From the NCBI GenBank assembly GCA_037440925.1, contig JBBITF010000006.1, positions 1 to 64,000 of the forward strand: a DNA stretch of 64,000 nucleotides, read 5' to 3'. This stretch comes from Chloroflexota bacterium (GTDB lineage Bacteria; Chloroflexota; Anaerolineae; Anaerolineales; Villigracilaceae). The translations under genes were made by a program, and so were the position numbers. Shown here piece after piece: positions 62,327 through 64,000 of this stretch. Under the pieces are notes generated by a model. The model worked only from the letters and a program-made list of their open reading frames with translations, had not been told where the DNA came from and did not search any database. Every line of letters starts with the position of its first letter. Position 1 is the stretch's first letter.

Positions 62327-62480
62327 CACTGCCTACCCTCGCGCCTATTTTGATGTTGAGAAGAGGCAACGGTTGTAGGACGGTTGTAGGACAGACCTTT
62401 GGTCTGTCCAGGACAGGTCGGAGACCTGTCCTACGGTTGGTTGCGGCTGGAAGCCGCGCTATGGTGAGGCTAGGCAGTTA
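62327..62480. mobile_element. MITE-like element sharing its terminal inverted repeat with 54862-55043
   Basis: ACTGCCTACCCTC (62328-40) pairs with GAGGCTAGGCAGT (62466-78), 12 of 13 matching. The interior has an 11-bp direct repeat CGGTTGTAGGA x2. Three hairpins follow: GGACAGACC-ttt-GGTCTGTCC, GGACAGGT-cggag-ACCTGTCC and GCGGC-tggaa-GCCGC. Confidence 0.5.
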
Positions 62481-62559
62481 TCATTAACCTGAATTTGCTA
62501 TGCATAGGAGGGTGGGGCATCAGAGTATAATTTACATATCCTATTGCCTGGAGGATGAG

Positions 62560-63729
62560 ATGAGCGATCTTGCCTTGTTTCCTTTGACCGATGAACACAA
62601 GATGATTCGCGACACAGCGCGCGATTTTGCCCAAAAAGAAATTGCTCCCATTGCAGCAGAATTCGATGAGAGCGGAGAGTTTCCCAATAAGACCATCCAA
62701 AAGATGGGCGCCATGGGCTTCATGGGCATCGAAGTCCCTGAAGCCTACGGCGGCGCGGGCATGGACACCTTGTCTTATGTGCTGGCGCTGGAGGAAATCT
62801 CCAAAGTGGATGCAGCGCATGGCGTCATCATGTCTGTCAATAATTCTCTCTACTGTCACGGCATTCTCAAATTTGGGACAGAAGAACAGAAGAAGAAATA
62901 TCTACCGCCTGTCGCCTCTGGCCGCAGTATCGGCGCGTATTCGCTCACCGAGCCGATGTCGGGTTCGGATGCCGGCTCGATGCGTACCCGCGCTGTGCGG
63001 GATGGCGATTTTTACATCTTGAATGGACGCAAGTCCTGGGTCACGAGCGGACCGGTGGCCGACTATGTAGTTGTCTTTATGATGACCGATCCGGCCAAGA
63101 AACAAAAGGGCATTAGCGCCTTCATCGTCGAAGCCAATACGCCCGGCTTTGTGCGCGGCAAGAAAGAGCCTAAACTCGGCATCCGCGCCTCGGCTACCAG
63201 CGAATTGGTCTTCGAGGATTGCCGCGTGCCAGTCGAAAACCGCTTGGGCGAGGAAGGCGAAGGCTTCAAAATTGCGATGACGGTGTTGGATGTGGGGCGC
63301 ATTGGCATTGCGGCGCAAGCGTTGGGCATTGCCGAGGCCGCGTATGAGGCTGCCCTGGCTTACGCCCGCGAGCGCGAGGCTTTTGGTCAGAAGATCGGCG
63401 AATTTCAGGGTATTTCTTTCAAATTAGCCGATATGAAGACGCGCATCGAGGCCTCCCGCCTGCTGATTTACAATGCCGCCATGGCTAAAGAGAGGTCCAA
63501 GACAAGCGGTGAACGCTTCACACTTCAATCCTCGACGGCAAAATTGTTTGCCTCCGAGACGGCCATGTTCTGCGCCCATGCCGCCGTCCAGATTCACGGC
63601 GGCATCGGCTACAGCAAGGAATACCCCGTCGAACGCTACTTCCGCGACGCTAAGATTACCGAAATCTACGAAGGCACCAGCGAGATTCAACGCCTGGTCA
63701 TCAGCCGCAGCGAATTGGGATTGAAATAG
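62560..63729 (+). CDS. Acyl-CoA dehydrogenase (short-chain/butyryl-CoA dehydrogenase-like)
   Basis: ORF 62500..63729. ATG 62560 lies behind GGAGG. Motifs: YSLTEPMSGSDAGS, IHGGIGYSKEYPVERYFRDAKITEIYEGTSEIQ. Confidence 0.9.
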   Translation: MSDLALFPLTDEHKMIRDTARDFAQKEIAPIAAEFDESGEFPNKTIQKMGAMGFMGIEVPEAYGGAGMDTLSYVLALEEISKVDAAHGVIMSVNNSLYCHGILKFGTEEQKKKYLPPVASGRSIGAYSLTEPMSGSDAGSMRTRAVRDGDFYILNGRKSWVTSGPVADYVVVFMMTDPAKKQKGISAFIVEANTPGFVRGKKEPKLGIRASATSELVFEDCRVPVENRLGEEGEGFKIAMTVLDVGRIGIAAQALGIAEAAYEAALAYAREREAFGQKIGEFQGISFKLADMKTRIEASRLLIYNAAMAKERSKTSGERFTLQSSTAKLFASETAMFCAHAAVQIHGGIGYSKEYPVERYFRDAKITEIYEGTSEIQRLVISRSELGLK

Positions 63730-63754
63730 AGAAAAGCCGCCACACTGAAACTGT

Positions 63755-64000
63755 ATGACCAAACCGATGCGCACACAGCAGATGACCTGGCTCAAACACC
63801 GCTGGTTGGCCGGGGTGATTGGCCTGGTTTTGATGGTCAGCGGGCAGGCTTGGGTGAGTCTCGATACGCTGCCGCCTCGTCCCCCGCTCAAGTTGGGCAT
63901 CTGGCTGACCGAAGAAATCCATCTTGCCATTCCCAGTATAGACAATGTCTTGTATGGCCTGCCGTTGTTGCTGATGGGGGGCGCGCTGTTGGCGTGGACG
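63755..64000 (+). CDS. 5' part of a membrane protein gene (runs off the window)
   Basis: An open frame runs from ATG 63755 to the window end (MTKPMRTQQMTWLKHRWLAGVIGLVLMVSG...) with hydrophobic segments. It is not in the ORF track because it is open-ended. Confidence 0.4.
   Translation, partial: MTKPMRTQQMTWLKHRWLAGVIGLVLMVSGQAWVSLDTLPPRPPLKLGIWLTEEIHLAIPSIDNVLYGLPLLLMGGALLAWT

Noticed and set aside
62370-62460. Clusters of short repeated hairpins considered as a possible CRISPR array (also at 6631-6736 and 27975-28014)
   Set aside because: There is no regular repeat-spacer periodicity. The units are 15-25 bp self-complementary hairpins that differ in sequence, and no cas genes are present. 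They fit REP/MITE-like elements better.

Overview
GC-rich bacterial chromosomal window. Gene content and protein style suggest a Chloroflexota/Anaerolineae-like organism, but that is inference only. I call about 60 protein genes and one tRNA-Arg(CCG). I see no rRNA, CRISPR array, transposase or integrase. Many long ORFs in the track are antisense shadows of real genes and were discarded. Left part (0.2-8.6 kb): an acyl-CoA/butyrate-type cluster with a family III CoA-transferase, GNAT, hbd, thiolase, a DUF35 plus SCP-x-type thiolase pair, and a long acyl-CoA dehydrogenase. This is followed by mixed housekeeping and accessory genes: PhzF-like, an RHH-fused GT-C membrane protein, Rrf2 regulator, MFS, methyltransferase, FAD oxidoreductase, a very long secA, add, acnA, a flotillin-like SPFH protein. 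Centre (28.4-46.0 kb, + strand): one tightly packed operon-like array. It starts with a 34-aa membrane peptide and a YeiH-like anion transporter, then dsrA-dsrB-dsrD-dsrC and dsrM-dsrK. In the place of canonical dsrJOP there is an eight-gene module: membrane-anchored dihaem cytochrome c, Tat-Rieske protein, monohaem cytochrome c, Tat Mo-bisPGD-family subunit, 4x[4Fe-4S] subunit, ActC/QrcD-like NrfD subunit, a 62-aa single-TM peptide, and a 696-aa monohaem-c/2-TM/helical-repeat protein. A DsrE-like protein, a 2x[4Fe-4S] ferredoxin, dsrN, a radical SAM/SPASM-like enzyme and a P-type ATPase follow. I consider this Rieske-containing CISM/ACIII/Qrc-like module inside a dsr operon the most likely undescribed system in the window. 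Convergent to it (54.3-49.0 kb, - strand) is a second Dsr/Hmc-type operon: an XRE-cupin regulator, HdrD/DsrK-like, NarI/DsrM-like and FeS DsrO/HmcB-like proteins, and an NrfD protein fused to a hexahaem c3-like domain. Right part: lipoprotein, epimerase, HNH nuclease, orphan Memo-like protein, PIN/TRAM-cysS, SagB-type nitroreductase, DUF123, butyryl-CoA-dehydrogenase-like ACAD. Dispersed GC-rich hairpin arrays and two MITE-like elements with the same terminal inverted repeat occur in the intergenic regions. A related purine-rich repeat motif appears in frame inside acnA.
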